Part shown: piece after piece, positions 15,682 through 25,516 of the stretch | Numbering within the stretch: the stretch's first letter is position 1 | Layout: the number at the start of each line of letters is the position of its first letter | Virus record (IMG/VR): IMGVR_UViG_2671180439_000001 | Source: a virus | Taxonomy: Duplodnaviria; Heunggongvirae; Uroviricota; Caudoviricetes | Direction: 5' to 3' (one strand) | DNA length: 25,516 bases | Notes under the pieces: model-generated | The model's input: the letters and a program-made list of their open reading frames with translations, nothing else | What the model was told of the DNA's origin: nothing | Database searches by the model: none | Position numbers and translations under genes: made by a program

Positions 15682-18600
15682 ATGGCAGAGCAAACCTCGC
15701 GTCTCGCAATAATTATTGATAGCACTGGAGCGAAAAATAATGCTGACAATCTGACCTCCTCATTAGTCAAAATGACGCAGGCTGGGGAAACTGCTGCAAA
15801 TAGCGCAGGGAAAGTGACTAAGGCAACAGAAGATGAGAAGAACGCGCTCGCAAAATTAAAAGCAGCTATTGATCCAGTTGGTGCCGCAATTGATACTGTC
15901 GGTCGACGCTATTCTGAATTAAAGAAATTTTTCGATAAAGGGCTTATTGATAAAGAAGAATATGAATTTCTTGTCCGTAAACTTAATGAAACCACAGAGG
16001 AATTGAGCGGGGTTGCGCAAGCGCAGAGAGAAGCCGAGAAGGCCGGAAAACTTGCTGCCGCCCAGCAGGAAGCGCAGGCTCAGGCCTTTCAAAGAATGCT
16101 GGACAAGATCGACCCTCTGGCTGCGGCGCTAAGAAATCTTGAACAACAGCATGATGAACTTAATGCTGCGTTTGCATCCGGGAAAATAAATGGTTCTCAG
16201 TTTGAGAATTATAGCCGAAAAATACAGGAAACACGGCGAGAGCTTACCGGAGAGGCTCAGGCAGAGCGAGAAGCAGCAAAAGCGCATGATGAACAGGTTG
16301 TTGCTTTGCAACGTCTGATTGCTCAACTTGATCCTGTCGGAACTGCTTTTAATCGTCTGGTAGAACAACAGAAACAGCTCAATGAAGCAAAAGCTAAGGG
16401 GATGCTTTCTCCTGAAATGTATGAGGAGCTTTCTGGAAAACTTCGTGCTATGCGGAGTGAGCTTGAGGTTACTCAATCACAATTAAGCAAAACCGGAATG
16501 TCGGCAAAACAAACGGCTTTTGCTATGCGCATGTTGCCTGCACAAATGACGGATATTGTTGTTGGGTTGTCCACTGGTCAGTCGCCATTTATGGTGTTAA
16601 TGCAGCAGGGCGGCCAGCTAAAAGATATGTTCGGTGGGATTGGCCCGGCGATCAAAGGTGTAGGTTCTTATGTGCTGGGATTAATTAATCCTTTTACCCT
16701 GGCCGCAGCAGCCGTTGGGGTCTTAGGACTGGCTTACTATAAAGGCTCTCAGGAGCAGGACGAATTTAATAAATCTCTTATTCTTACCGGAAATCAGTTG
16801 GGGACAACCAGCGGGCAATTGGGCGATATAGCTCAACGTGCCGGGAATGCGGCTGATTCGACAACTGGTGCTGCGGCGGCAGTATTAAATCAGCTTGTGC
16901 GTTCGGGAAAGGTAGCGAGCAGTTCGCTGGAGCAAGTGACGACAGCGATAGTAAAAACGAGCGAAGTAACAGGAATATCAACCGAACAACTGGTTAATGA
17001 CTTCAATGAAATTGCAAAGGATCCTGTCAGTGCCATATCAAAACTTAATGATCAGTACCATTTTCTGACACTTGCGACTTATAACCAGATTAAGGCGCTA
17101 CAGGATGAAGGGAACCAGCAGGAGGCCGCCCGCATTGCGACAGAAGAATACTCATCCTCAATGATCCAGCGCACCAACCAGATTAAAGAAAATCTTGGTT
17201 ATTTTGAGACTGCATGGAAAGCTGTCGCAGACTCCGCAAAATGGGCATGGGATTCCATGCTGGATATTGGCCGTGAGGCCTCCCTTGATCAAAAAATCTC
17301 AGATGTTCTCCGTCAAATTGATGAAATAGAAAAAAATACCCGACCCGGAGTTTTCGGGTTAGGTGGCATTGGAGATGGCGGAGCTCAAAATAAAAGGCTG
17401 GCACGATTAAAGCAGCAATTGGGCGTACTTCAAGCAGAAAAAATTGCTCAGGACGTACTAAATTCATCAATAAACGATTACAACAAGCGACAACAGGAAG
17501 GAATTGAACTCAGACAGAGAGCAGATGCCTTTTCAAAACAATATCAGACCCGGGAGCAGCAGAGAGCTAGTGAACTTGCAAAACTGGAAAAGCTAAAGAA
17601 TCAGTATTCAAAGGAAGAATATAATAATCTTATCGCTCAAATAAATGAGCGTTATAAAGATCCAAAGCAACCAAAGGCGAAAGGTTATTCTGATGATGCA
17701 GCCCAACGAATGATTGATCATCTGAATCAACAGAATGCGTTACTAAGTTCACAAGCTGAGTTGACCGTTAAATTAAGTTCCTCTGAACAGGAACTGGTTA
17801 AGTGGCGTCAGCGGATTGCCGACCTAGAGTCACGACCATCATCGAAATTAACCCAGGATCAGAAATCGCTTCTCTTACACCGGGAAGAAATAACCGCGTT
17901 GATGGAGAAAAATGTTGCGATTGAAAAGAATAACAGGCTAATCAAGGAATCCGCCGAAATAACAGCATGGCGTGATTCATTGCAGGCTTCGATTGATAAT
18001 CGTCAACAGGGGTATGATATTCAGATTGCTGGTTATGGGGTTGGCGATAAAAATCAGCAACGCCAGCAGGAATTACTGCGGATTGAACGTGAATATAACA
18101 ATCAGCGTCTGCAACTTGAACGTGACTATGCAGATAAATCCCGTGGGATGTCAAATCATGTTTTTCAGGAGAAAATGCAGACTCTGAATGATGCTCTGGA
18201 ACGAGAAAAAGAAATTATCAGACAGAAAAACGAGCAGCTCGATATTCAGGCAGGAGACTGGGTTAGTGGTGCCTCCCAGGGATTCAATAACTGGCTGGAT
18301 GACACTAAGGATATCAGTGAGCAGATAAAATCAACCACGACTCAGATGTTTGATGGAATGACCGATGCGCTGGGTGATTTTGTCACGACAGGCAAGGCAA
18401 ATTTTCGTTCTTTCGCTACTTCCGTGATTTCGGATCTTAGTCGAATAGCATTAAAGGCTTCAATTACTGGGATTTTCGACAGCATTAGTAACAGTTCTTC
18501 TGGGGGGATTTTAGGAACTATCGGGAGTGCTATTAGTAAATTTATTCCGAATGCAAAGGGCGGTGTTTATGAGTCTCCGTCATTGAACACGTATTCGAAC

Positions 18601-18915
18601 GGTATTTATGATTCCCCGCAATTTTTTGCTTTTGCAAGAGGGGCTGGTGTTTTTGGTGAGGCTGGTCCGGAAGCCATTATGCCATTAACACGAACTTCCG
18701 ATGGTTCTCTTGGTGTCAGAGCTATTAATAGTAAAAGTGGTAATGGAGGCGGAGATATTACCTATGCCCCTGTATACCAAATCACTATTCAAAATGACGG
18801 CCAGAATGGAGAGATTGGCCCTCAGGCAATAAAAGCACTTATGGGGATGGTTGATCAGCGGGTGCAGGGCAATCTGTTAAATATGCGACGTGATGGGGGA
18901 ATGTTAAGTGGCTAA
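15682..18915 (+). CDS. Tail tape measure protein
   Basis: 1077-aa ORF with AGGAG Shine-Dalgarno. Long coiled-coil regions, three N-terminal tandem repeats of about 58-80 aa, a central hydrophobic segment ([17 protein letters not shown]...[14 protein letters not shown]), and position upstream of M-L-K-I-J. Confidence 0.88.
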
Positions 18916-19246
18916 TACGGAAGAATTTCACTGGTTACCAGAGGATGGAATGAAAACAGAAAATAAACCATCGATAAAAACTGTAAGATTTGGCGATGGT
19001 TATGAGCAACGAAGTCCAAATGGACTTAATCATTCTCTGCGCGTTTTCACCTGTGATTTCAAAGTTGAGGCGAATGAACGTGATTCATTTGAAAAATTTT
19101 TAGCCCGGCATGAAGGCTATAAATCTTTTTTTTGGCGCCCGCCGGGTATTAACAGAAAAATCAGAGTGGTGTGTCGAACGTGGTCAGCGACAGAACATAT
19201 CACCTATACCGATTTTTCGTGTCAGTTTGACGAAGTGGTGATCTGA
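18908..19246 (+). CDS. M: Minor tail protein M (lambda M-like)
   Basis: Translation contains [16 protein letters not shown]...[16 protein letters not shown], close to lambda M. GTG start at 18908 overlaps the tape measure stop; an internal ATG at 18950 with a GAGGA Shine-Dalgarno is an alternative. Confidence 0.8.
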
Positions 19247-19944
19247 TGCAGGACATACAACAGGAAACACTGAATGAATGCATCCGTGTGGAGCAGACGG
19301 CCAGCGTGGTGCTCTGGGAAATCGACCTGACAGAGGTCGGCGGGGATCGCTACTTTTTCTGCAATGAGCAGAATGAAAGAGGTGAGCCGGTTACCTGGCA
19401 GGGGCGGCAGTATCAGGCATATCCCATTCAGGGGACGGGATTTGAACTGAACGGCAAGGGCAGTGCTGCCCGTCCGACACTGACGGTTTCTAACCTGCAC
19501 GGCATGGTCACCGGGATGGCGGAAGACCTGCAGAGTCTGGTCGGCGGAACGGTGGTCAGGCGTAAGGTTTACGCCCGTTTTCTGGATGCGGTGAACTTCG
19601 TCAACGGAAACAGCGACGCCGATCCGGAGCAGGAGGTGATCAGCCACTGGCGCATCGAGCAGTGCAGCGAACTGAGCGCGGTCAGTGCCTCCTTTGTACT
19701 GGCCACGCCGACGGAAACGGACGGCGCTGTTTTTCCGGGACGTATCATGCTGGCCAACACCTGCACCTGGACCTATCGCGGCGATGAGTGCGGTTATCAC
19801 GGTCCGGCAGTCGCGGATGAATATGACCAGCCGACGTCCGATATCACGAAGGATAAATGCAGCAAATGCCTGAGCGGCTGTAAGTTTCGCAATAATGTCG
19901 GCAACTTTGGCGGCTTCCTTTCCATTAACAAACTTTCGCAGTAA
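19246..19944 (+). CDS. L: Minor tail protein L (lambda L-like)
   Basis: 232-aa ORF highly similar to lambda L ([33 protein letters not shown]...). Start overlaps the M stop (TGATG). Ends with a Cys cluster (CSKCLSGC). Confidence 0.92.
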   Translation: MQDIQQETLNECIRVEQTASVVLWEIDLTEVGGDRYFFCNEQNERGEPVTWQGRQYQAYPIQGTGFELNGKGSAARPTLTVSNLHGMVTGMAEDLQSLVGGTVVRRKVYARFLDAVNFVNGNSDADPEQEVISHWRIEQCSELSAVSASFVLATPTETDGAVFPGRIMLANTCTWTYRGDECGYHGPAVADEYDQPTSDITKDKCSKCLSGCKFRNNVGNFGGFLSINKLSQ

Positions 19945-19949
19945 ATCCC

Positions 19950-20693
19950 ATGACACAGACAGAATCAGCGATTCTGGCGCACGCCCGGCGATGTGCGCCA
20001 GCGGAGTCGTGCGGCTTCGTGGTGAGAGCGCCGGAGGGGGAAAGATATTTTCCCTGCGTGAATATTTCCGGTGAGCCGGAGGATTATTTCCGGATGGCTC
20101 CGGAGGACTGGCTGCAGGCAGAGATGCAGGGTGAGATTGTGGCACTGGTCCACAGTCATCCCGGTGGTCTGCCCTGGCTGAGTGAGGCTGACCGGCGGCT
20201 GCAGGTGCAGAGTGATTTGCCGTGGTGGCTGGTCTGCCGGGGGGCGATTCACAAGTTCCGCTGTGTGCCGCATCTCACCGGGCGGCGCTTTGAGCACGGG
20301 GTGACGGACTGTTACACGCTGTTCCGGGATGCTTATCATCTGGCGGGGATTGAGATGCCGGATTTTCATCGCGGGGATGACTGGTGGCGTAACGGTCAGA
20401 ATCTCTATCTGGATAATCTGGAGGCCACAGGGCTGTATCAGGTGGCGTTGTCATCAGCACAACCGGGCGATGTGCTGCTGTGCTGTTTTGGTTCATCGGT
20501 GCCGAATCATGCCGCCATTTACTGTGGTGATGGCGAGCTGCTGCACCATATTCCTGAACAACTGAGCAAACGAGAGAGGTATACCGACAAATGGCAGCGA
20601 CGCACACACTCCCTCTGGCGTCACCGGGCATGGCGCGCATCTGCCTTTACGGGGATTTGCAACGATTTGGCCGCCGCATCGACCTTCGTGTGA
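19950..20693 (+). CDS. K: Tail tip assembly protein K (lambda K-like; MPN/JAMM plus NlpC/P60 domains)
   Basis: JAMM-type motif HSHPGGLPWLSEAD (H-x-H-x7-S-x2-D) in the N-terminal half and an NlpC/P60-like Cys/His region (GVTDCYTLF ... NHAAIY) in the C-terminal half; strong similarity to lambda K. The 3' end overlaps I by 103 nt in another frame. Confidence 0.9.
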   Translation: MTQTESAILAHARRCAPAESCGFVVRAPEGERYFPCVNISGEPEDYFRMAPEDWLQAEMQGEIVALVHSHPGGLPWLSEADRRLQVQSDLPWWLVCRGAIHKFRCVPHLTGRRFEHGVTDCYTLFRDAYHLAGIEMPDFHRGDDWWRNGQNLYLDNLEATGLYQVALSSAQPGDVLLCCFGSSVPNHAAIYCGDGELLHHIPEQLSKRERYTDKWQRRTHSLWRHRAWRASAFTGICNDLAAASTFV

Positions 20694-21238
20694 AAACGGG
20701 GGCCGAAGCCATCCGGGCGCTGGCCACACAGCTCCCGGCGTTTCGTCAGAAACTGAATGAGGGCTGGTATCAGGTGCGCATTGTCGGGCGTGATGCAGGA
20801 GAAAATGAATTATCTGCCCGTCTTAATGAGCCGCTGGCAAATGGTGCCGTGATCCACATTGTGCCGCGTCTGGCGGGAGCTAAAAGTGGCGGTGTTTTTC
20901 AGGCAGTGCTGGGTGCGGCGCTGATTGCGGTGGCATGGTGGAACCCTGTGGGCTGGCTGGGTGCCGCGGCTGTATCGGGCATGTATGCGGCAGGGGCCAG
21001 TATGATCCTGGGCGGTGTGGCTCAGATGCTGGCACCGAAAGCCAGAACTCCCCGCACACAGACAACGGATAACGGTAAGCAGAACACCTATTTCTCCTCA
21101 CTGGATAACATGGTTGCCCAGGGCAATGTTCTGCCGGTTCTGTACGGTGAAATGCGCGTGGGGTCACGGGTGATTTCTCAGGAGATCAGCACGGCAGATG
21201 AAGGAGATGGTGGTCAGGTTGTGGTGATTGGTCGCTGA
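20591..21238 (+). CDS. I: Tail assembly protein I (lambda I-like)
   Basis: Translation MAATHTLPLASPGMARICLYGDLQRFGRRIDLRVKTGAEAIRALATQLPAFRQKL... closely matches lambda I, including the C-terminal TADEGDGGQVVVIGR. Confidence 0.9.
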   Translation: MAATHTLPLASPGMARICLYGDLQRFGRRIDLRVKTGAEAIRALATQLPAFRQKLNEGWYQVRIVGRDAGENELSARLNEPLANGAVIHIVPRLAGAKSGGVFQAVLGAALIAVAWWNPVGWLGAAAVSGMYAAGASMILGGVAQMLAPKARTPRTQTTDNGKQNTYFSSLDNMVAQGNVLPVLYGEMRVGSRVISQEISTADEGDGGQVVVIGR

Positions 21239-21256
21239 TGCAGAATGTTTTGTGTG

Positions 21257-21280
21257 AAACCGCCTGCGGGCGGTTTTGTC
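21257..21280 (+). terminator. Hairpin between I and J (weak terminator or attenuator)
   Basis: AAACCGCC-TGCG-GGCGGTTT stem-loop followed by a short interrupted T-run (TGTCGTTT). Confidence 0.4.
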
Positions 21281-21298
21281 GTTTATGGAGCGTGAGGA

Positions 21299-24200
21299 AT
21301 GGGTAAAGGCAGCAGTAAGGGACATACCCCGCGTGAAGCGAGGGACAACCTGAAGTCCACGCAGTTGCTGAGTGTGATCGATGCCATCAGTGAAGGGCCG
21401 ATTGAAGGTCCGGTGGACGGATTAAAAAGCGTGCTGCTGAACAGTACGCCAGTGCTGGACAGTGAGGAGAATACCAATATCTCCGGTGTCACGGTGGTTT
21501 TCCGGGCAGGTGAGCAGGAGCAGACACCGCCGGAGGGATTTGAATCCTCCGGCTCCGAGACGGTGCTGGGTACGGAAGTGAAGTACGACACGCCGATTAC
21601 CCGGACCATCACGTCTGCAAACATCGACCGTCTGCGCTTTACCTTCGGTGTGCAGGCACTGGTGGAAACCACCTCAAAGGGAGACAGGAATCCGTCGGAA
21701 GTCCGCCTGCTGGTTCAGATACAACGTAACGGTGGCTGGGTGACGGAAAAAGACATCACCATTAAGGGCAAAACCACCTCGCAGTATCTGGCCTCGGTGG
21801 TGGTGGATAACCTGCCGCCGCGCCCGTTCAATATCCGGATGCGCAGGATGACGCCGGACAGCACCACAGACCAGCTGCAGAACAAAACGCTCTGGTCGTC
21901 ATACACCGAAATCATCGATGTGAAACAGTGCTACCCGAACACGGCACTGGTCGGCGTACAGGTGGACTCGGAGCAGTTCGGCAGCCAGCAGGTGAGTCGT
22001 AATTATCATCTTCGCGGGCGCATTCTGCAGGTGCCGTCGAACTATAACCCGCAGACGCGGCAATACAGCGGTATCTGGGACGGAACGTTAAAACCGGCAT
22101 ACAGCAACAACATGGCCTGGTGTCTGTGGGATATGCTGACCCACCCGCGCTACGGCATGGGAAAACGTCTTGGTGCGGCGGATGTGGACAAATGGGCGCT
22201 GTATGTCATCGGCCAGTACTGCGACCAGTCAGTGCCGGACGGCTTTGGCGGCACGGAGCCGCGCATCACCTGTAATGCGTACCTGACCACACAGCGCAAG
22301 GCGTGGGATGTGCTCAGTGATTTCTGCTCGGCGATGCGCTGTATGCCGGTATGGAACGGGCAGACGCTGACGTTCGTGCAGGACCGACCGTCGGATAAGG
22401 TGTGGACCTATAACCGCAGTAATGTGGTGATGCCGGATGATGGCGCGCCGTTCCGCTACAGCTTCAGCGCCCTGAAGGACCGCCATAATGCCGTTGAGGT
22501 GAACTGGATTGACCCGGATAACGGCTGGGAGACGGCGACAGAGCTTGTGGAGGACACGCAGGCCATTGCCCGTTACGGTCGTAACGTCACGAAGATGGAT
22601 GCCTTTGGCTGTACCAGTCGGGGGCAGGCACACCGCGCCGGGCTGTGGCTGATTAAAACAGAACTGCTGGAAACGCAGACCGTGGATTTCAGCGTCGGCG
22701 CAGAAGGGCTTCGCCATGTACCGGGCGATGTCATTGAAATCTGCGATAATGACTATGCCGGTATCAGCACCGGCGGGCGCGTGCTGGCGGTAAACAGCCA
22801 GACCCGGACGCTGACGCTCGACCGTGAAATCACGCTGCCATCCTCCGGTACCACGCTGATAAGCCTGGTTGACGGAAGTGGCAATCCGGTCAGCGTGGAG
22901 GTTCAGTCCGTCACCGACGGCGTGAAGGTGAAAGTGAGCCGTGTTCCTGACGGTGTTGCTGAATACAGCGTGTGGGGGCTGAAGCTGCCGACGTTGCGCC
23001 AGCGCCTGTTCCGCTGCGTGAGTATCCGTGAGAACGACGGCGGCACGTATGCCATCACCGCCGTGCAGCATGTACCGGAAAAAGAAGCCATCGTGGATAA
23101 CGGGGCGCACTTTGACGGCGACCTGAGCGGCACGGTGAATGGCGTCACGCCGCCCGCGGTGCAGCACCTGACCGCAGAAGTCACCGCAGACAGCGGGGAG
23201 TATCAGGTACTGGCGCGCTGGGACACGCCGAAGGTGGTGAAGGGGGTGAGCTTTATGCTTCGCCTGACCGTGGCAGCGGATGACGGCAGTGAGCGGCTGG
23301 TCAGCACGGCCCGGACGACGGAAACCACATACCGCTTCACGCAACTGGCGCTGGGGCGGTACACGCTGACAGTCCGGGCGGTAAATGCGTGGGGACAGCA
23401 GGGCGATCCGGCGTCGGTATCGTTCCGGATTGCCGCACCGGTAGCACCGTCGCGGATTGAGCTGACGCCGGGCTATTTTCAGATAACCGCAACGCCGCAT
23501 CTTGCCGTTTATGATCCGACGGTACAGTTTGAGTTCTGGTTCTCGGAAAAGCGGATTGCGGATATCAGGCAGGTTGAAACCAGTGCCCGCTATCTTGGCA
23601 CGGCGCTGTACTGGATAGCCGCCAGTATCAATATTAAGCCGGGCCATGATTATTACTTTTATATCCGCAGTGTGAACACTGTTGGCAAATCGGCATTCGT
23701 GGAGGCTGTTGGTCAGCCGAGTGATGATGCATCCGGTTATCTGGATTTTTTCAAAGGCGAGATAGGGAAAACCCATCTGGCTCAGGAGCTGTGGACGCAG
23801 ATTGATAACGGTCAGCTTGCGCCTGACCTGGCTGAAATCAGGACGTCCATTACGGGTGTCAGCAATGAAATCACGCAGACCGTCAATAAGAAACTGGAAG
23901 ACCAGAGTGCGGCAATTCAGCAGATACAGAAGGTTCAGGTTGATACAAATAATAACCTGAACAGCATGTGGGCTGTGAAGCTGCAGCAGATGCAGGACGG
24001 ACGCCTTTATATCGCGGGTATTGGTGCCGGTATTGAGAACACCCCTGACGGCATGCAGAGTCAGGTGCTGCTGGCGGCAGACAGGATTGCGATGATTAAT
24101 CCTGCGAATGGCAACACAAAGCCGATGTTTGTTGGGCAGGGCGATCAGATATTCATGAACGAAGTGTTCCTGAAACGCCTGACGGCTCCCACCATTACCA

Positions 24201-24778
24201 GCGGCGGTAATCCTCCGGTATTTTCCCTGACACCGGACGGGCGGCTGACGGCGAAAAATGCCGATATCAGCGGTAACGTGAATGCGAACTCCGGGACGCT
24301 CAACAACGTCTCGATTAACGAGAACTGTCGGGTTCTGGGAAAACTGTCCGCCAACCAGATTGAAGGCGATCTCGTTAAAACAGTGGGTAAGGCTTTCCCG
24401 CGGGACTCCCGGGCACCGGAGCGGTGGCCATCAGGGACCATTACCGTCAGGATTTATGACGATCAGCCGTTTGACCGGCAGATTGTTATTCCGGCGGTGG
24501 CATTCAGCGGTGCTAAACATGAGAGAGAGCATACTGATATTTACTCCTCATGCCGCCTGATAGTGAAGAAAAATGGTGCTGAAATTTATAACCGTACCGC
24601 GCTGGATAATACGCTGATTTACAGTGGTGTTATTGATATGCCAGCTGGTCACGGCCACATGACGCTGGAGTTTTCGGTGTCAGCATGGCTGGTAAATGAC
24701 TGGTATCCCACAGCAAGTATCAGCGATTTGCTGGTTGTGGTGATGAAGAAAGCCACTGCAGGCATCAGTATCAGCTGA
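21299..24778 (+). CDS. J: Central tail fiber / host specificity protein J (lambda J-like)
   Basis: 1159-aa ORF starting [42 protein letters not shown]... like lambda J; correct position after I. Confidence 0.92.
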   Translation: MGKGSSKGHTPREARDNLKSTQLLSVIDAISEGPIEGPVDGLKSVLLNSTPVLDSEENTNISGVTVVFRAGEQEQTPPEGFESSGSETVLGTEVKYDTPITRTITSANIDRLRFTFGVQALVETTSKGDRNPSEVRLLVQIQRNGGWVTEKDITIKGKTTSQYLASVVVDNLPPRPFNIRMRRMTPDSTTDQLQNKTLWSSYTEIIDVKQCYPNTALVGVQVDSEQFGSQQVSRNYHLRGRILQVPSNYNPQTRQYSGIWDGTLKPAYSNNMAWCLWDMLTHPRYGMGKRLGAADVDKWALYVIGQYCDQSVPDGFGGTEPRITCNAYLTTQRKAWDVLSDFCSAMRCMPVWNGQTLTFVQDRPSDKVWTYNRSNVVMPDDGAPFRYSFSALKDRHNAVEVNWIDPDNGWETATELVEDTQAIARYGRNVTKMDAFGCTSRGQAHRAGLWLIKTELLETQTVDFSVGAEGLRHVPGDVIEICDNDYAGISTGGRVLAVNSQTRTLTLDREITLPSSGTTLISLVDGSGNPVSVEVQSVTDGVKVKVSRVPDGVAEYSVWGLKLPTLRQRLFRCVSIRENDGGTYAITAVQHVPEKEAIVDNGAHFDGDLSGTVNGVTPPAVQHLTAEVTADSGEYQVLARWDTPKVVKGVSFMLRLTVAADDGSERLVSTARTTETTYRFTQLALGRYTLTVRAVNAWGQQGDPASVSFRIAAPVAPSRIELTPGYFQITATPHLAVYDPTVQFEFWFSEKRIADIRQVETSARYLGTALYWIAASINIKPGHDYYFYIRSVNTVGKSAFVEAVGQPSDDASGYLDFFKGEIGKTHLAQELWTQIDNGQLAPDLAEIRTSITGVSNEITQTVNKKLEDQSAAIQQIQKVQVDTNNNLNSMWAVKLQQMQDGRLYIAGIGAGIENTPDGMQSQVLLAADRIAMINPANGNTKPMFVGQGDQIFMNEVFLKRLTAPTITSGGNPPVFSLTPDGRLTAKNADISGNVNANSGTLNNVSINENCRVLGKLSANQIEGDLVKTVGKAFPRDSRAPERWPSGTITVRIYDDQPFDRQIVIPAVAFSGAKHEREHTDIYSSCRLIVKKNGAEIYNRTALDNTLIYSGVIDMPAGHGHMTLEFSVSAWLVNDWYPTASISDLLVVVMKKATAGISIS

Positions 24779-24797
24779 ATTTTATAACCCATATACG

Positions 24798-24823
24798 GGC
24801 GCCAGAAATGGCGCCTTTTTTAT
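24798..24823 (+). terminator. Rho-independent terminator after J
   Basis: GGCGCC-AGAAAT-GGCGCC stem-loop followed by TTTTTTATT, 20 nt after the J stop. Confidence 0.7.
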
Positions 24824-24845
24824 TGCAGAAAAGCGAGAGGTAATT

Positions 24846-25445
24846 ATGCGTAAAGTTTGTGCAGCCATTTTGTCCGCAGCCATCTGTCTGGCCGTATCCG
24901 GTGCGCCTGCATGGGCGTCTGAGCAGCAGGCCACACTGAGCGCAGGGTATCTTCATGCCCGTACGAACGCTCCCGGCAGCGATAATCTGAACGGGATTAA
25001 CGTGAAATACCGTTATGAGTTTACGGACATGCTGGGTGTTGTGACGTCATTCAGTTATGCCAATGCCAAAGATGAGCAAAAAACGCATTACAGCGATACC
25101 CGCTGGCATGAGGATTCCGTGCGTAACCGCGGGTTCAGTGTGATGGCGGGGCCGTCTGTTCGCGTGAATGAATGGTTCAGCGCGTATGCGATGGCGGGTA
25201 TGGCTTACAGCCGCGTTTCGACTTTCTCCGGGGATTATCTGCAGGTGACCGACAATACGGGGAAAACGCATGATGTGCTGACCGGAAGTGATGACGGTCG
25301 CCACAGCAACACGTCTCTGGCGTGGGGGGCTGGCGTGCAGTTTAACCCGACCGAATCCGTGGCCGTTGATGTCGCTTATGAAGGCTCCGGCAGCGGTGAC
25401 TGGCGTACCAACAGTTTCATCGTTGGTGTCGGTTATAAATTCTGA
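24846..25445 (+). CDS. lom: Lom outer membrane protein (Ail/Lom family beta-barrel)
   Basis: 199-aa ORF with an N-terminal signal peptide (MRKVCAAILSAAICLAVSGAPAWA), beta-barrel-like alternating pattern and C-terminal aromatic residue (GVGYKF); matches lambda Lom in sequence and position. GAGAGG Shine-Dalgarno upstream. Confidence 0.9.
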   Translation: MRKVCAAILSAAICLAVSGAPAWASEQQATLSAGYLHARTNAPGSDNLNGINVKYRYEFTDMLGVVTSFSYANAKDEQKTHYSDTRWHEDSVRNRGFSVMAGPSVRVNEWFSAYAMAGMAYSRVSTFSGDYLQVTDNTGKTHDVLTGSDDGRHSNTSLAWGAGVQFNPTESVAVDVAYEGSGSGDWRTNSFIVGVGYKF

Positions 25446-25472
25446 TTAGCCAGGTAACACAGTGTTATGACA

Positions 25473-25499
25473 GCCCGCCGGTTCAGGCGGGCTTTTTTG
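25473..25499 (+). terminator. Rho-independent terminator after lom
   Basis: GCCCGCC-GGTTCA-GGCGGGC stem-loop followed by TTTTTTG. Confidence 0.7.
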
Positions 25500-25516
25500 T
25501 GGGGGGAATATGGCAG

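Noticed and set aside
19222-20145. 307-aa ORF on the minus strand overlapping L and K
   Set aside because: Same reasoning: antisense to well-supported lambda L and K homologues in a GC-rich region; Arg/Pro-rich low-complexity translation.
22229-23776. 515-aa ORF on the minus strand, entirely inside J
   Set aside because: It lies antisense to a high-confidence, GC-rich gene. The predicted protein is Arg/Ala/Gly/His-rich low-complexity sequence typical of stop-poor antisense frames, and no start context was seen.
25510-25516. ATG GCA G at the window end preceded by GGGGGGAA, possibly the start of a side tail fibre gene as found downstream of lom in lambda
   Set aside because: Only 7 nt are present, too little to support a feature.

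Overview
This window is the late region of a lambdoid, mosaic prophage of Enterobacteriaceae (E. coli/Shigella type), almost entirely on the + strand; the most interesting locus is a translationally coupled ParB-like / glycosyltransferase-like gene pair (3046-4759) just upstream of the terminase. Order of content: (1) the left end of an IS1 element (minus strand, partial insA) inserted into a phage-21-type pinholin gene, leaving only its last 18 codons; (2) a lysis cassette with a phage-21-like SAR endolysin and lambda-like Rz/Rz1 spanins, Rz1 embedded in Rz; (3) an AT-rich trkG potassium-uptake moron, as in the Rac prophage; (4) the ParB-like / GT-like pair; (5) a headful-type packaging and head module (TerS carrying a TGCGCA repeat array, PBSX-type TerL, portal, SPP1-gp7-like head morphogenesis protein, scaffold, major capsid); (6) head-tail joining genes, major tail protein, and a tail assembly chaperone pair joined by an A_AAA_AAG -1 frameshift site; (7) a 1077-aa tape measure protein with three N-terminal tandem repeats; (8) lambda-type tail-tip genes M, L, K, I, J and the lom outer-membrane moron. 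Several hairpin/T-tract terminators punctuate the operon. No tRNA, rRNA or CRISPR array was recognised. All homology statements rest on recall of known protein families and reading the sequence, not on database searches.
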